This document shows, piece after piece, positions 25,472 through 37,264 of a stretch of DNA of 64,000 bases. Position 1 is the first letter of the stretch; each line of letters opens with the position of its first letter. A program made the position numbers and the translations under genes. The notes beneath the pieces are model-generated. The model had not been told where the DNA came from. It saw only the letters and a program-made list of their open reading frames with translations, and did no database searches. The stretch is from Rebecca billardiae RCC1528 (taxonomy: Eukaryota; Protista; Haptophyta), in NCBI GenBank assembly GCA_965240325.2, contig OZ251231.1:1922001-1986000 (forward strand). The letters are read 5' to 3'.

Positions 25472-25747
25472 GGCGATGCTCGCGCCCTCGCCAACGCGCT
25501 CGCGCCCGGGCGAGCGAGGCAGCTGCCGCCGAACCTCGAGCTGCTGCGGCCTTCACAGGGCGATTCCACTTGCGAGACGCACTGCAGCGCAGCGGAACAG
25601 TGGCAGCGCTCCCGGCGGCCCCGGGATGGCTTCTGAAAAGCTGTTATCTATCATAACGGTTTTCTCCGCCTCCTGACCAGCCGGACAAGCACCGCGGCCG
25701 GACCGATTTAGACCGTTGGGCAGTGCGCGCGCGGCTGAGCGGTCAGC

Positions 25748-27244
25748 ATGGGAGCGAGCTGCGGCGCGGCGCGCGGGGCCGCGCTGGAGGAGCGGGCGAC
25801 GCGCGCCGAGGGTGGCTGGGATGAGGACATCGCCAAGCCTCGCTCGCCCGAGCGCGAGCCTGCGCTCGCGGCCAACGTCGCGCGATCCGACGCGTGGCAG
25901 CCCGGCGGCGAGCAGACCGCCGCGCCGCGCGTGCCGCGTGGCACCGAGGCGCGCATCGCCCACGACGCGCAGGAGGCGGAAGACGCCGCCGCGGAGCGCG
26001 AGGCGTCGGACGCTGCCTCCGAGCGGCTCACGCCCGCGCGGACCGCGCTCATCGCCGTCGCGCTCGCCGCCGCCACGTACGTGTCCGCCGAGAGCTTCGC
26101 CGAGTGCGCGCGGCTGCTCGCGCTCGCAAACGGGCGCTCGCCGCCGCCCGCGCCGAGCGCGCTGCACGCGTGGCTCGTGGGTCACGCGATCGAGCTCACG
26201 GGCGTCCCGTGCCGCACGCGCGGCACCGGCGAGCGCTGGCCCATCTTCGAGCCCCTCGGCGAGTGCTCGTTCGGCACGCGCGCATACGAGGACGCGGCGA
26301 CGGCGCGGTCGATCGGCAGCTGGCACGCCATCGACGAGCCGGCGCACTCGTTCGCGCTGGGCGCGCGGCTGGCGCTGAACGCGACGCATCTCGCGTGCGC
26401 GGCGTACTTCCTCGCGCTCGCGCTCGCCGCCTTCGCCCTCGGCGGCGCGCGCGCGGGCGCGGCGCGCATGCGCGCCAAGCGCGCGCTGCTAAGCGCGCTG
26501 GGCGCGAGCGCGTGCGCGCTGCTCGGCACGGGCATCGTGCTGCTGGCGTGGCGACGGCCGACGGAGATGAACTACCCGACGCCGAACGAGACGGCGGCGG
26601 CCGCGCTCGTTCCACCTCCCGCCAGCGCCGCGCTCGCCCGCGCGCACGAGGCGGGCCGCCGCGCCTACGCCATCGTGTACGCGTGCGCGCACGCGAGCGC
26701 AATGCTCAACGCGGCAACGCGCGCGGGGCCGGCCGGCGGCGCGTCGCGCGCGTTCATGGGCGCGACGTGCGCGTGCCTCGCGCTCAGCCTCGGCGCGCAG
26801 CTCGTGCACTGGCCCGTGCTCCTCCTCAAGCTGTGCACGCTGGACGTGCTCGAGCACGCGTGGGCGCAGAGCGCGCTGCTGCTCGCAGGCAGCGCCATCT
26901 ACCCGCTGCAGGACGGAGCGAACGCGTGGGCGCTGTACTGGGCGGAGGCGCGCGGCGCGCCGTACGAGTGGCGCGAGCACCGCGAGTTCAACCTGGCGAC
27001 GCTCACGCTGCACGGCGTGCTCGCCGTGCTGTCGCTCGTCGTCCTCCGCGGCCCGGGCCTCTTCTTCGCGACGGCGCCGCCGGCCGCCTTCCAGCTCGCG
27101 TGCTACGCGCCGCCGGTCGCCGCGTGGGCGCTCGCGCGCGGCAGGCCGCACGCGCGCCGGCTGCGCGCGCTGCCCGGCGCAGCGCGCGAGGTTCGGGCCG
27201 AGCGCGACGAGGAGCACAGCGTCGTGCGCCGCCTCTCGTTCTAG
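25748..27244 (+). CDS. Polytopic membrane protein of unknown function (possibly DUF2306-like)
   Basis: 498-aa ORF with about 7-8 hydrophobic segments, coding-like codon usage and a His-containing EWREHREF motif. Confidence 0.6.
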   Translation: MGASCGAARGAALEERATRAEGGWDEDIAKPRSPEREPALAANVARSDAWQPGGEQTAAPRVPRGTEARIAHDAQEAEDAAAEREASDAASERLTPARTALIAVALAAATYVSAESFAECARLLALANGRSPPPAPSALHAWLVGHAIELTGVPCRTRGTGERWPIFEPLGECSFGTRAYEDAATARSIGSWHAIDEPAHSFALGARLALNATHLACAAYFLALALAAFALGGARAGAARMRAKRALLSALGASACALLGTGIVLLAWRRPTEMNYPTPNETAAAALVPPPASAALARAHEAGRRAYAIVYACAHASAMLNAATRAGPAGGASRAFMGATCACLALSLGAQLVHWPVLLLKLCTLDVLEHAWAQSALLLAGSAIYPLQDGANAWALYWAEARGAPYEWREHREFNLATLTLHGVLAVLSLVVLRGPGLFFATAPPAAFQLACYAPPVAAWALARGRPHARRLRALPGAAREVRAERDEEHSVVRRLSF

Positions 27245-27816
27245 ATCAGTGCTCAGCGTTCGGGACCCTGATGCACGCCTCATCATGGGCTGTGAGGAAA
27301 AGTCCCAGTGTGGTTTGGTGCTGGATGATGAATGTTTCCAGTCTGCACTCTGCGACTTGTCTTGATGCTGATGATGTTGATGATGTCTTGATGATATCGG
27401 CGGCGAAGCCCTGGTCCACAAAAGGGGGACCTACCTGTACACGAACAGTTTTCTAGGCCGAACGACATTGATGAGAGTTCACAATACCGGTTCCCGAGTA
27501 TGATTGTACAAAGATCTTCTGATCTTGAGGTCGCTCAGAATCCCTCGATCTCGCCCATATCCGCCGGCGGCCGCGCGCCCGACCCGCCCCGAGCAGACAA
27601 TCTCGCCATCTCGGCTCGTCGCCGTCCAAGGCTCCAGCCGGACGGTTGCCATGCCACCGGTAAACAGTTCGAACCCCTGCTTGATCGCCAGCCTCGGCGC
27701 GCGCGTCGCTGACGACGGCGGGCCGAAGAGTGCTCGCTTTGCGGCGGCGTACCCGCACAGGTCAGAACTGGCCCCGGCCGCGCCAGAGCTCGCTCGCTCG
27801 CTCGCGAGGCAGGCCG

Positions 27817-30800
27817 ATGGGTGCGTGCGGTAGCACGAATGCGACGGCGGCGGACAAGGAGCCGCTGGCGACCGCCAACTCCAAGTCCGACGACGTCGAG
27901 GTCGCCAAGCCGGGCGAGGGCATGAAGTCGAGCGAGTTGTCGCACGACTCGGACGAGCTGTTCGCGCACGTGGTGTCGAGGCTCCTCTTCCTGCTGATCG
28001 GGGTGGGGTACATCATCGTTGCCGGGCTGGCCGCCTTCGTGCCCCCCTTCCTCTCGACGGGCTTCCCGATGTACCTCCCCCAGGACCTGGTCGACGACGC
28101 GATCGCGATGGACTACCTGCGCATCGCGCTCACCGCCGTCTTCCTCATCGGCATCGGGTACGTGCCGATGGCGCTGAACAACAAGGAGGAGCTGATGTTC
28201 GCGTCGCTCTTCAACAAGCCCTTCCTCCTGCTGCAGGCCATGCTCGCCTGGGGCCTCGGCGTCATGTCGTTCTCGGTGTTCTTGCTCGTCCTGCTCGGCG
28301 ACATTGGCAGCATGATCGTCACGCTCATCATGTGGGCGTTCTACCCGTCGATGATCCGGAAGGAGCACCGCCGGCTGCTCGGCTTCATCCCGTCGGCGCC
28401 GACCCGCAACATCCGCTCGTACCTCCTCGAGTTCGAGGGCTACTTCATGCTCATCTCGTTCTTGCTGCTCACGATCCCGCCGATCGCGCAGGCGTTCGGC
28501 TCGGCGGAGGTGGAGCGGCTGCACTTCACGTACTCGGGCGTCGAGCTGAGCGGGCACCGGCTGGGCATGTTCGTCACCGCCACCTTCTGGTTCGCCAACA
28601 TGTACTGGTTCTACATCCCCGCCGCGCGCGTCAACTCGTCCGGCTTCATGGCGGCCGCGCGGCAGCAGCGGCTCGTGATGGTGCTCGGCTGGATGTTCCT
28701 GCGCATCTTCAAGGACGACCTGGAGCACAACCTGGTGAACTCGCTCGCCGTGTTCGGCGGGCTCTTCCTCGGCCTCGACCTGTACGCCACCACCTTCGAG
28801 GACTACTTCCGCCGCAACCCGATGGACGACGACATCGAGCGGCTGGCGGCGGCCGACGACTCGTACGCGCTCTTCCACCAGGCCGAGCTGCCCAACTCGA
28901 GCCGCTGGGTCGTGTGGCACTCGGGCTGGGTGTTCATGACGTCGAACATCTGGATGTTCTTCACCTCCACGGGCTTCCCCTACCTCTTCGGCAAGGTCTT
29001 CCCCGGCAAGGTCGAGCTCTCGTACAAGGTTCACCTCCAGGTGCGTGCGCTCGCGCTCGCGCGCCGTGCGCCGTGCGCCGTGCGCGCGCCGCCGCCGCCC
29101 GCCCGCGCCCGCGCGGCGCGCGGCTCACGACCCGCGCGCGCGCACTCCGCGCCCCGCCCCGGCTGGGTGCGTGGCCGCGCTCTCGCTCTCGCCCGCGCCC
29201 GCGCCGCACAGGACCTCCTGCTCTCGACGCTGATGGGTCTGATCGCCGCGTTCCTGCTGCCGCTCGTGCCGCGCGACAAGACGTCGCAGCTCGTGCTCAA
29301 GACGTTCACGTTCGTGCTGCCGTGGTCGACGTGGTGGTTCACGGTGGAGACGAAGCTGCTGATGCACCTGCGCGGTGGCACGCCGTTCCACATGTCGTGG
29401 GTCGACATGGACCTCGGCACCAAGTTCACCGAGCTGCCCGTCGACATCACGTTCTTCTTTGCGACCTTCTTCATGACGGTGATCACGCCCGCGCTGCTGG
29501 TCGTGCTCGGCATCTACCTGATCGGCTCGCCGTGGAGCGCGTTCAAGGGGATGAACGAGGCGGCGACGATCCGCGAGGCGCTGATCCCGGCGCGCAAGGT
29601 GGCGCTGCAGCACATGACGCTGCTCGTCGCCTTCACCGGCGGCTGGATGATCCTCGTCTCGTCGGGGCTGCCGATGCCGACCAAGTTCCTCACAAACCTG
29701 CTCGGCATGCCGCCGCTGCTGCCGGTCGACACGCGCCTCGCGGTGCAGGTGCACCGGTACGACCTGCTGCTGGCGTTCACCGTGCCCAACGCGATCTGGA
29801 TGCTCTCCGACCTGCCCAACGAGCGCGTCGCCACCTTCCGCCGCGTGAGCAAGCTGTGCATCTTTGCGTCGTGGGGGTACGCCTTCTTCATCAAGCTCGC
29901 GACGCACTTTGACCAGGCGCCCGCGTTCCACCAGGCGTGGACGGACATGTACGGGTACGAGCAGTACAAGGAGGGCGTGACGTACTTCTTCTCGTGGCTC
30001 GCGTTCGTCGCGCTCAACTTCGTCGCCTTCCCCGCGCTCCTCCTCTCCGCCGCGCGCACGTGGGACGGATCCAAGCTGCTCGCGTACAACAAGCGGTACG
30101 CGGCGATGACGACGCCCGAGGTGCTGCTGTGGACGCGCTCGATGCTGCAGATGCACGCGCTGCTGATCTGGCTGACGAGCGGGCTGTGGCTGATGATGAC
30201 CTCGTCGGGCTTCGTCTGGCCCCTCAAGGCCATGTCCGGCGGCAACATCCCGCCCATCCTCCCCTCGTTCGGTGCGGACGGCGCCAACCCGGCCGCGCTG
30301 CGCGTGCACTTCCAGGACGCTATCCTCGGCACGATCCTCGCCAACCTCGGCGTCTTCCTGCAGTACGTGCCGCAGCGGCTGACGGGGCAGCGGAAGGAGA
30401 TGAACTTCCTGGGCAACCAGTGCGTGCTGTGGATCTGGGTGCTCTCGATCTGGGCCAAGGTCATGGTCAACGCGGGCGAGGACGACATGCAGACGTGGGT
30501 GGGGATCGGCGCGTTTGGCGCGTGGCGCGACGTGCGCACGCTCACGCCCGCGCATAACGTGCTCGACTTCATCTGGTACCTCGCCACGCTGATCGGGATC
30601 TTCATCGGCCCGTTCGTGATGTTCTACATGATGCGCAACGCGCTCGGCGACTTCGCCAAGTCGCTGCGCGCCGCGCGCCTCCTCGTCGGCGACGAGGACA
30701 AGGCGGGTGCGGGTGAGGTCTACCTCGGCTCTGCGCTCTTCCTGCTGGTCGGCCGCCAGATCGAGGGCTCCTACTTCTACCGCACGCTCACGTGGATCTC

Positions 30801-32603
30801 GCACATCGTCTCGCCGCCGGAGCAGCAGTACCTCACGGTCGATCGGATCGCCTGTGCGCGCGCCGCGAGTGGCGCGCGCGCGAGTCCAGAGGGGCGCGCG
30901 CGCGCGGCCAGTCGGCGCGGCGCGCTGACCGCCTGCCCGCCCGCCCCCGCGCCCCGGCCGCGCGCGAGCAGACAGCATGCAGGCGCCGTCGAAGAAGCTG
31001 CGGCGCGAGTACTTCCACCAGGTGGGCGTGGGCAAGGACGAGTACGGCTGGTGGCGCTGCACCAAGGTGCCCACCGAGATCGAGCTCTTCCAGCGCAACG
31101 AGATCCTGCCCGCCATGTCTGCGCACACGATCGAGAAGGCTCCCGGAACCTTCCTCGAGATCATGCGCGCGCGCGCGTTCAACGCGAGCCCGTCGTGGAT
31201 GGTGTGGCAGCCGCTGACGGACGAGATCTTCGACGACATCTTCCACTCGCGCTTCGGCGCCGAGATCCTCCGCGCGCCGACCAAGGACGAGCTCAAGACG
31301 TACAACTCGATGCTGAAAAAGGGCTCGGCGTCGACGACGAGCGCCACCAACCGGATGCAGGGCGCAACCAAGCGCGCGGTCGCGCAGTCGCGCAACGACA
31401 GCGTGATCGTGTGCGACCTGACGGTGCTCACGAAGGGCGCGGAGCGCAAGCCCGCGTCGGCCCACTTCCCCACGCCCGACGTCAAGATCTTCTTCACCGC
31501 CACCAAGTACGGCATCCGCGCGATGGGCTTTGAGTTCCAGCACCTGGACGGCGCGGGCGTCGAGCTCGTCTCCAACGACGGCTCCAACGAGTGGCACTAC
31601 GCCAAGCGGCTGTGCTCGACCGCGCTGATCACGGCGCACCAGATCGGCACGCACCTGACGCACGGGCACCTCCTCGTCGAGTCGCAGATGGTCCTCTGCT
31701 ACAAGTACCTCCACCCCGAGCACTGGGTCTTCAACTTTGTCGAGCCGCTCGCCGGAGACGTGCAGTTCATCAACGAGACGTGGGGCCTCGAGGCGATCCT
31801 GTACGGCACCATCATGGACATGGGGCCGTGCACGTCGGACGGGCTGTACACGATCATCAAGAACGCGAAGCAGAGGCCCGCCTTCGAGGGCGACACCACG
31901 TGGAACCTCATGGAGCGCCTCAAGCCCGAGCACTCGGGCGTGCCCGAGGAGTGCCCCTTCCCGTACCGCTTCACCGCGCGCGTGCTTGAGGGCTACGTGC
32001 GCGAGCTCGTGACCGCCGTGGCGAACAAGTACTACAAGCCGGACGACGAGGCGCTCAAGCGGTTCATGAAGGAGGTGTACTGGTGGCGCCCCATCACCGC
32101 CGCGCGGCCCACCACCAAGGAGGCGGTGATCGACTACCTCGTCGAGTTCTTCATGAACGCGTCGTACCGGCACGACTACTCGCACGACGACTATCTGTGG
32201 CACGCCGCGCACGCGCTGCCGCCGCAGCTCAACCCCAAGCCCGTCTTCAAGGACAAGCCGTCGAGCTACCTGTGCGCGCGCGAGGCGGCGCGCGCCGCCC
32301 GCCGCGCCGCGCCCGCCCGCGCGCGCCCCGCCGATCTGACGCGCCCCGCCACGGCCCGGCCCGGCGCGTGCGCGCGCGCGCGCGCCCCACAGCCCGGACA
32401 AGCAGACGTTTGCGATGACGCTGCAGATCGCGCACGCGCTGCAGGCGGGCGTGATCGAGACGCCGCTCGAGGCGTACTACGGCGTGTACACGGACAACGA
32501 GATGCGCCCCGTGGTGGACAAGTTCGTGCAGCAGGTGCAGGGGCTGCTCGTGCTCGGCGGCGTGCACGAGCACATGAACCAGTGCGGCAGCATGACGCAC
32601 TGA
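27817..32603 (+). CDS. ~20-TM membrane protein fused to a C-terminal lipoxygenase domain (introns 29041-29211, 30854-30971, 32272-32392)
   Basis: Starts MGACGS. Many TM helices with strong GC3 bias. LOX motifs WHYAKRLCSTALITAHQIGTHLTHGHLLVE...LHPEH...FIN and SYRHDYSH. The three GT-AG introns join all parts in one frame ending GSMTH-stop. Confidence 0.85.
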
Positions 32604-33377
32604 GCACGCGCGCGGTGCGCGCGCTCGCCGCCGCACTCCGCCTTCCAAGATGGGCAGCGAGCGGCGGCGCCGACGTGACGCATGCGGCACATCCCGCTCC
32701 AGTGACCCGCCGCACCTCTCACGCCGATCGACGCCATGCACTGCGGACCCAGGCGGACCTCTTCGGACATGACGCAAGGCGAGACGTACTAGTAATAACT
32801 CTATCGCCTCAGAGATCGGCACACCCCGCCACCCGCCATGCGAGCCATCAGTGTTACCAGCAACGAGCCGAAGTGATGGCCCGGAATACAGTACTGTACG
32901 CAGTACTATCGTCACCGATGTCCGATTACCGGAGTCCAGAGTCATATTGTTTGAGCCATCATCGTCCGTGACTCCGTGAGTAGATCGCGAGCCGTCCGAC
33001 TGCCCGGTCACGGTGAATCATCATCCGCGCGCCACTTTATCCGATCCGTGGTGACGGTCCGTGCCCGACGGACCGGGTGGCGGGACCGACGGTGGTCGGT
33101 GCCCGTGGCCGTGCGTGGCCGTGGCCCGTGCCCGCGACGGCTCGCCCCGCCCCCGCCTCGCCCGGTCCGCGCGCGCCCCGTCCGCCGTCGCCGACGAGTT
33201 CAATCAATATACGACGACTCGTTAGCCGGCGTAGCGCGCACTGCGGCGACAACTGTACTGATGAGTTATGAGTACCATTGGCAACGGCACTCAGCCCGCA
33301 GGCCGCGCAGCGCGCAGCGCACGGCCTGCCGCACGCGCACCATAATGTTATTAATGGCGCCCGCGCGAGCTAGTTAG

Positions 33378-34280
33378 TTACTCCAAGGACTGCGTGAGCA
33401 GCCAGCGCCACAGGTCCCGTTCGGCGTACGCCATGATCCAGCTCGCGTGGCCGTCATAGCTCGGCCAGCCGACGGGCGCAGGCGTGCGGTCATACCGCGT
33501 GTACTTGAGCTCGCCGCACCGCCGTTCTGGAGGGCAGCGCGCACGCTTGGCACGAAGATTGACGTGCAGCTCGTCCGAATAGGACACGTCAACAACCACG
33601 TCGTTGGCGCCGTGGAAGAGCCAGACGGCAGTTCGGTCGTGGATGAGCGACGCGTCCCCGCCTGCGGCACACACGGGCACCGCCGCCGCGAACAGGCCCG
33701 TGCCCGCTGCCGCGACGGTGCCCGCCCCACCCATGCTCACTCCGGTCACGAAGAGGCGCCTGCGGTCCAGCTTGAGCTGCTCTTGGCGGGCAAGGCTCTC
33801 CACCAGGGCTGCGAGCTCGCGGGCGCGCCAGCCGCGCCTGGACTGCGGCGAGACGACGACGAACTCCTCTGCGAGCTCGGGCGGGGTGTCACCCAACCCC
33901 TCCCCAGCGATCAGGGAGGCGAGCCGCTTGACCGGAACGCCCGTCGCCCCCTCCGAGAGGAGCTGGTGTGGATCCGAGCCCAGCTCGCCCGCGCCGTGGA
34001 GCACGAGCAGCAATGGCCACAGGGAGCGCGCGGTGTGCGACGCGGGAGTGTACAGCCAGTAGCTCATCCCCGACGCCTCATCGTGCTGGAGCGTCTGCTT
34101 GCCCGCGGTGACCATCAGAGTGATGAGGACGGCGGGTTCACGATGGCGGACGGGCGCGAATACGGTAATAGCAGCTGCGCACAGCGCGACTGTTTTCAGA
34201 CTGCGCACGCGCCACCAAGGGTGGCGCCACGGCACGGCGTCAGCGTCCTTGCACTCGCGCCGCTCCCCAATTTCGGGCAA
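33378..34280 (-). CDS. Alpha/beta hydrolase, phospholipase/carboxylesterase (COG4099-like); true start uncertain
   Basis: PLLLVLHGAGE, VVVSPQS, nucleophile elbow TGVSMGG, WLFHGANDVVV and GHASW supply a Ser-Asp-His triad. Confidence 0.8.
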   Translation of the reverse strand: MPEIGERRECKDADAVPWRHPWWRVRSLKTVALCAAAITVFAPVRHREPAVLITLMVTAGKQTLQHDEASGMSYWLYTPASHTARSLWPLLLVLHGAGELGSDPHQLLSEGATGVPVKRLASLIAGEGLGDTPPELAEEFVVVSPQSRRGWRARELAALVESLARQEQLKLDRRRLFVTGVSMGGAGTVAAAGTGLFAAAVPVCAAGGDASLIHDRTAVWLFHGANDVVVDVSYSDELHVNLRAKRARCPPERRCGELKYTRYDRTPAPVGWPSYDGHASWIMAYAERDLWRWLLTQSLE

Positions 34281-34377
34281 GGGGCGCCCGCATCACCCGC
34301 CGCAAGGGCTGCGTGCGCGCTGCAGCACGGCGAGCGCGCCCGGGATCCGAGCGGCTGTTGGCGTGGTCCTTACACCC

Positions 34378-36480
34378 ATGGCCCGGCGCAACGGCCGCGC
34401 GTGGAGCTGCGTGGTCTTTCTGATCGCCGCCGTGGCGGCCGTGAGCTCGCAGAGGGCTCGCCCAGCGGTCAAGGTGGACGCTGGCACCCTCCTCGGCAAG
34501 TGGACGCCAGAGTTTCCCAACGTCGCGGAGTTCACCGGTATCCCGTACGCAAAGCCGCCGGTCGGCGCGCTCCGATGGCGCTCGCCAGAGCCCCCCTCGC
34601 CGTGGGCGCGCAGCTACTTTGACGCGACCAAGCCGCCGACGCAGTGCACGCAGCTGCCGACAATCTTGCCACGCGTCGCCGAGTACACGTCGCCCAAGCA
34701 CAGCGCGGTGAAGGGCGAGGAAGACTGCTTGTACCTGAACGTGTACGCGCACCGCTCCGCGCTCGATGCCGCGCCCGCGCCGCCCGGTGCCGGCGCGTCG
34801 GTCATCGTCTTCATCCACGGCGGCGCGTACGACAGCGGCGGCATGCCGCGCGGGCTCAAGGAGCTTGCCGCCTTCTCCTCCGGGCGGGCCATCTTCGTGA
34901 CGGTGCACTACCGCCTCGGCGTGCTCGGCTTCCTGTGGTCCGACGAGCTCGCGGCGCGCGAGCCGGGCGCGGGCAACTTTGGCCTGCTCGACCAGAGGAT
35001 GGCGCTGCGCTGGGTGCAGGCGAACGCGGCCGCGTTCGGCGGCGACCCCGGCCGCGTGACGGCGTGGGGCCAGAGCGCGGGCGCGGGCTCGATCGCGTCG
35101 CACATGTGCATGCCGGGCTCGGCGGGGCTGTTCCACCGCGCGGTGCTCCAGTCGTGCTCCTTCGCGTGCGTCGCCGCGACGACGACCGGGCGCGCGCGCG
35201 CGTCGTACGCGGCCGTGCTGCAGCGCGCGCGCTGCACCAGCCTGGGGTGCCTGCGGAACATCAGCGCGTCGTGGCTCGTGGTCGCCGGCGCGGCGAGCAT
35301 GAACGAGCCGTCCGCGCTGATCGGATGCTGCTCGATGCCGATGGGCCTCTTCATCCCGTGGTCGCCCGTCGTCGGCGCGACCGCGCACCCCGAGCTGCCG
35401 CTGCACCCGTACGAATGCGTGGCGCGCGGCACCGTGGCGCGCATGCCGCTGCTGCACGGCTTCAACCGGGACGAGGGCTTTCTCTTCAGCATCGCGCCGT
35501 TCAAGATGGACGAGGGCAGCCTGCGCGAGGAGTGGACGCGCGTCTTCGGCCAGGACCTCGCGGGCGGCCTCGCGCGCGTGTACACGGAGGGCGGGCAGGA
35601 GGCGTCCGAGCACATGGCGCGCCGGCTGCTGCCCCTCAACGGCCTCAACAACGGCCTCAAGAGCCTGAGCGGGCAGGACTCGTACTCTCGCTTCTTCATC
35701 GCCGAGCAGCGCAGCCTGGGCGACGCGACGATGAGCTGCGCGACGCGGCGGGTGTCGCAGGTGCTCGCCGACGCGGGCGAGCAGCCCACGTTTGCGTACT
35801 CGTTTGAGCACGTGCCCGCGCTCACCAAGGTGGCGCGGCTGCCGTTTGTGATGCACGCGGCCGAGCTGCCCTTCCTCTTCATGTGGCACACCTCGCTCAC
35901 GGTGGACGAGCGCAAGCTGAGCACGCTGATGGTGCAGTACTGGCTCAACTTCGCCGAGACCGGCGACCCGAACCGCGGGCCGTACGCCAGCGGCGCGGCG
36001 CGCAGCGCGGCGCGCATGCCGCTGCCGACGTGGCCGACGTACAGCGCGCAGCAGGCGGGCGTGTTCATGCGCTTCATGGTGGGCGCTCCGGGCGCGCGCG
36101 TGCCCGCGTGCTCCAAGGGCGGGCCCAAGTCGGACTCCGACTGCAAGCGCGCGCTGCGCAACAGGCGACTAGGCACGCACGCGGCGGACGGCTTCATGCG
36201 CTCGCGGTGCGACCAGTACTTCACGCCGTGGATGGACGCGCAGATGAGCGGGCTGCTGCACCCGAATCGCTCCTCCGTGCCTCCCTTCCGCCTCGCACCG
36301 AGCGAGATCACGCTCCGGCGCCCGGCGCGCGCTGCGGCATCGATCCCGCTGGAGGCGGAGGCGCAGGGTTCGATCATCCCGTACGCTCGCAGCGCACGTG
36401 AAACAGGGCGCGAGAGCGGCTGGCAACGCCCCGGGCCGGCAGGCTTCGCAGCCTGGCGGAACTGGCAGCAGCCCAATCCT

Positions 36481-36532
<52 letters not shown>

Positions 36533-36621
36533 TGGCATGGCGTCGACAGCAATATTACGCAGCGCAGCAGTCTCAGGCAGCTCGCAGTTCAGGCGCAGGC
36601 AGGCCGCAATGGTCCTACTAG
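34378..36621 (+). CDS. Secreted type-B carboxylesterase/cholinesterase-family protein with poly-Q tail
   Basis: Signal peptide, FTGIPYAKPPVGALRW, EDCLYLNVY, FIHGGAY, GNFGLLDQRMALRWV, FGGDPGRVTAWGQSAG and MHAAEL. CAG tract at 36481-36530. Confidence 0.92.
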
Positions 36622-36654
36622 CGCGGCGCAGCTAACTAGCTCGGACTAGTCGGA

Positions 36655-37264
36655 GGCTACTCACTAAACGACTACTAGCAGTCGCGTATACTAACCGTTG
36701 GCGTTGTCCGAGGAGGTAATCCGAGCAGTCGCGTTGATGATGATGACCGTTTTTTTTCTGCTGGGCGCCGCCACTGCGCGTCACTTTACTCTTTAGTCTT
36801 TACATATATATATATATAGACTACTACTACAGTACTGATGTTTCAAAGACTAACAGATGAGGTGCGGCAACGCGCCCCTCACCTGCCTGCGCCGGTCTGT
36901 TTTGTGGCGGTGTCTTTGTGCAGTGTTGGATGCATGGCGTCAATCACGCCTTAACCAAGTGTGCACGTTAAATCATAGTAAACTGTGAATCTTGTGACTG
37001 TGAGACTTGTGACTGTGGCCCGCCAAGGCTGCCAAAGCCCGGAAGTAATATTATAATAATAGTATAACAGCATACTTAAATTTGAGTTATTATCGTCGCG
37101 TGGCAGCGGCGATGGAATAATATTCGCGGCGGCCTTCGAGCCGTTGCAAGCGGTCTGATTGACACCGCTCACGGATGTCGTCGTTCGGGTTGCAGCTTGC
37201 TCGTGTTAGTTCCTCCCGCCTTCGAGTAGGCCGTGCGGCGCGATGCACGGAGAGGTGCCGCCTA
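36655..37264. repeat. Degenerate local duplicate of 37265-37727 plus 40150-40365, including a decayed 3' end of the 40210 gene
   Basis: GGCTACTCACTAA...GTTGGCGTTGTCCGAGGAGG occurs at ~36655 and ~37265. Region 37065-37262 matches 40153-40364 with small indels. Confidence 0.85.

Noticed and set aside
30977-32971. Stand-alone 664-aa lipoxygenase ORF as listed in the track
   Set aside because: Its ATG lies just after a CAG acceptor that splices in frame to the upstream TM exons, and its tail reads through an intron. The fused spliced model fits better, pending cDNA.
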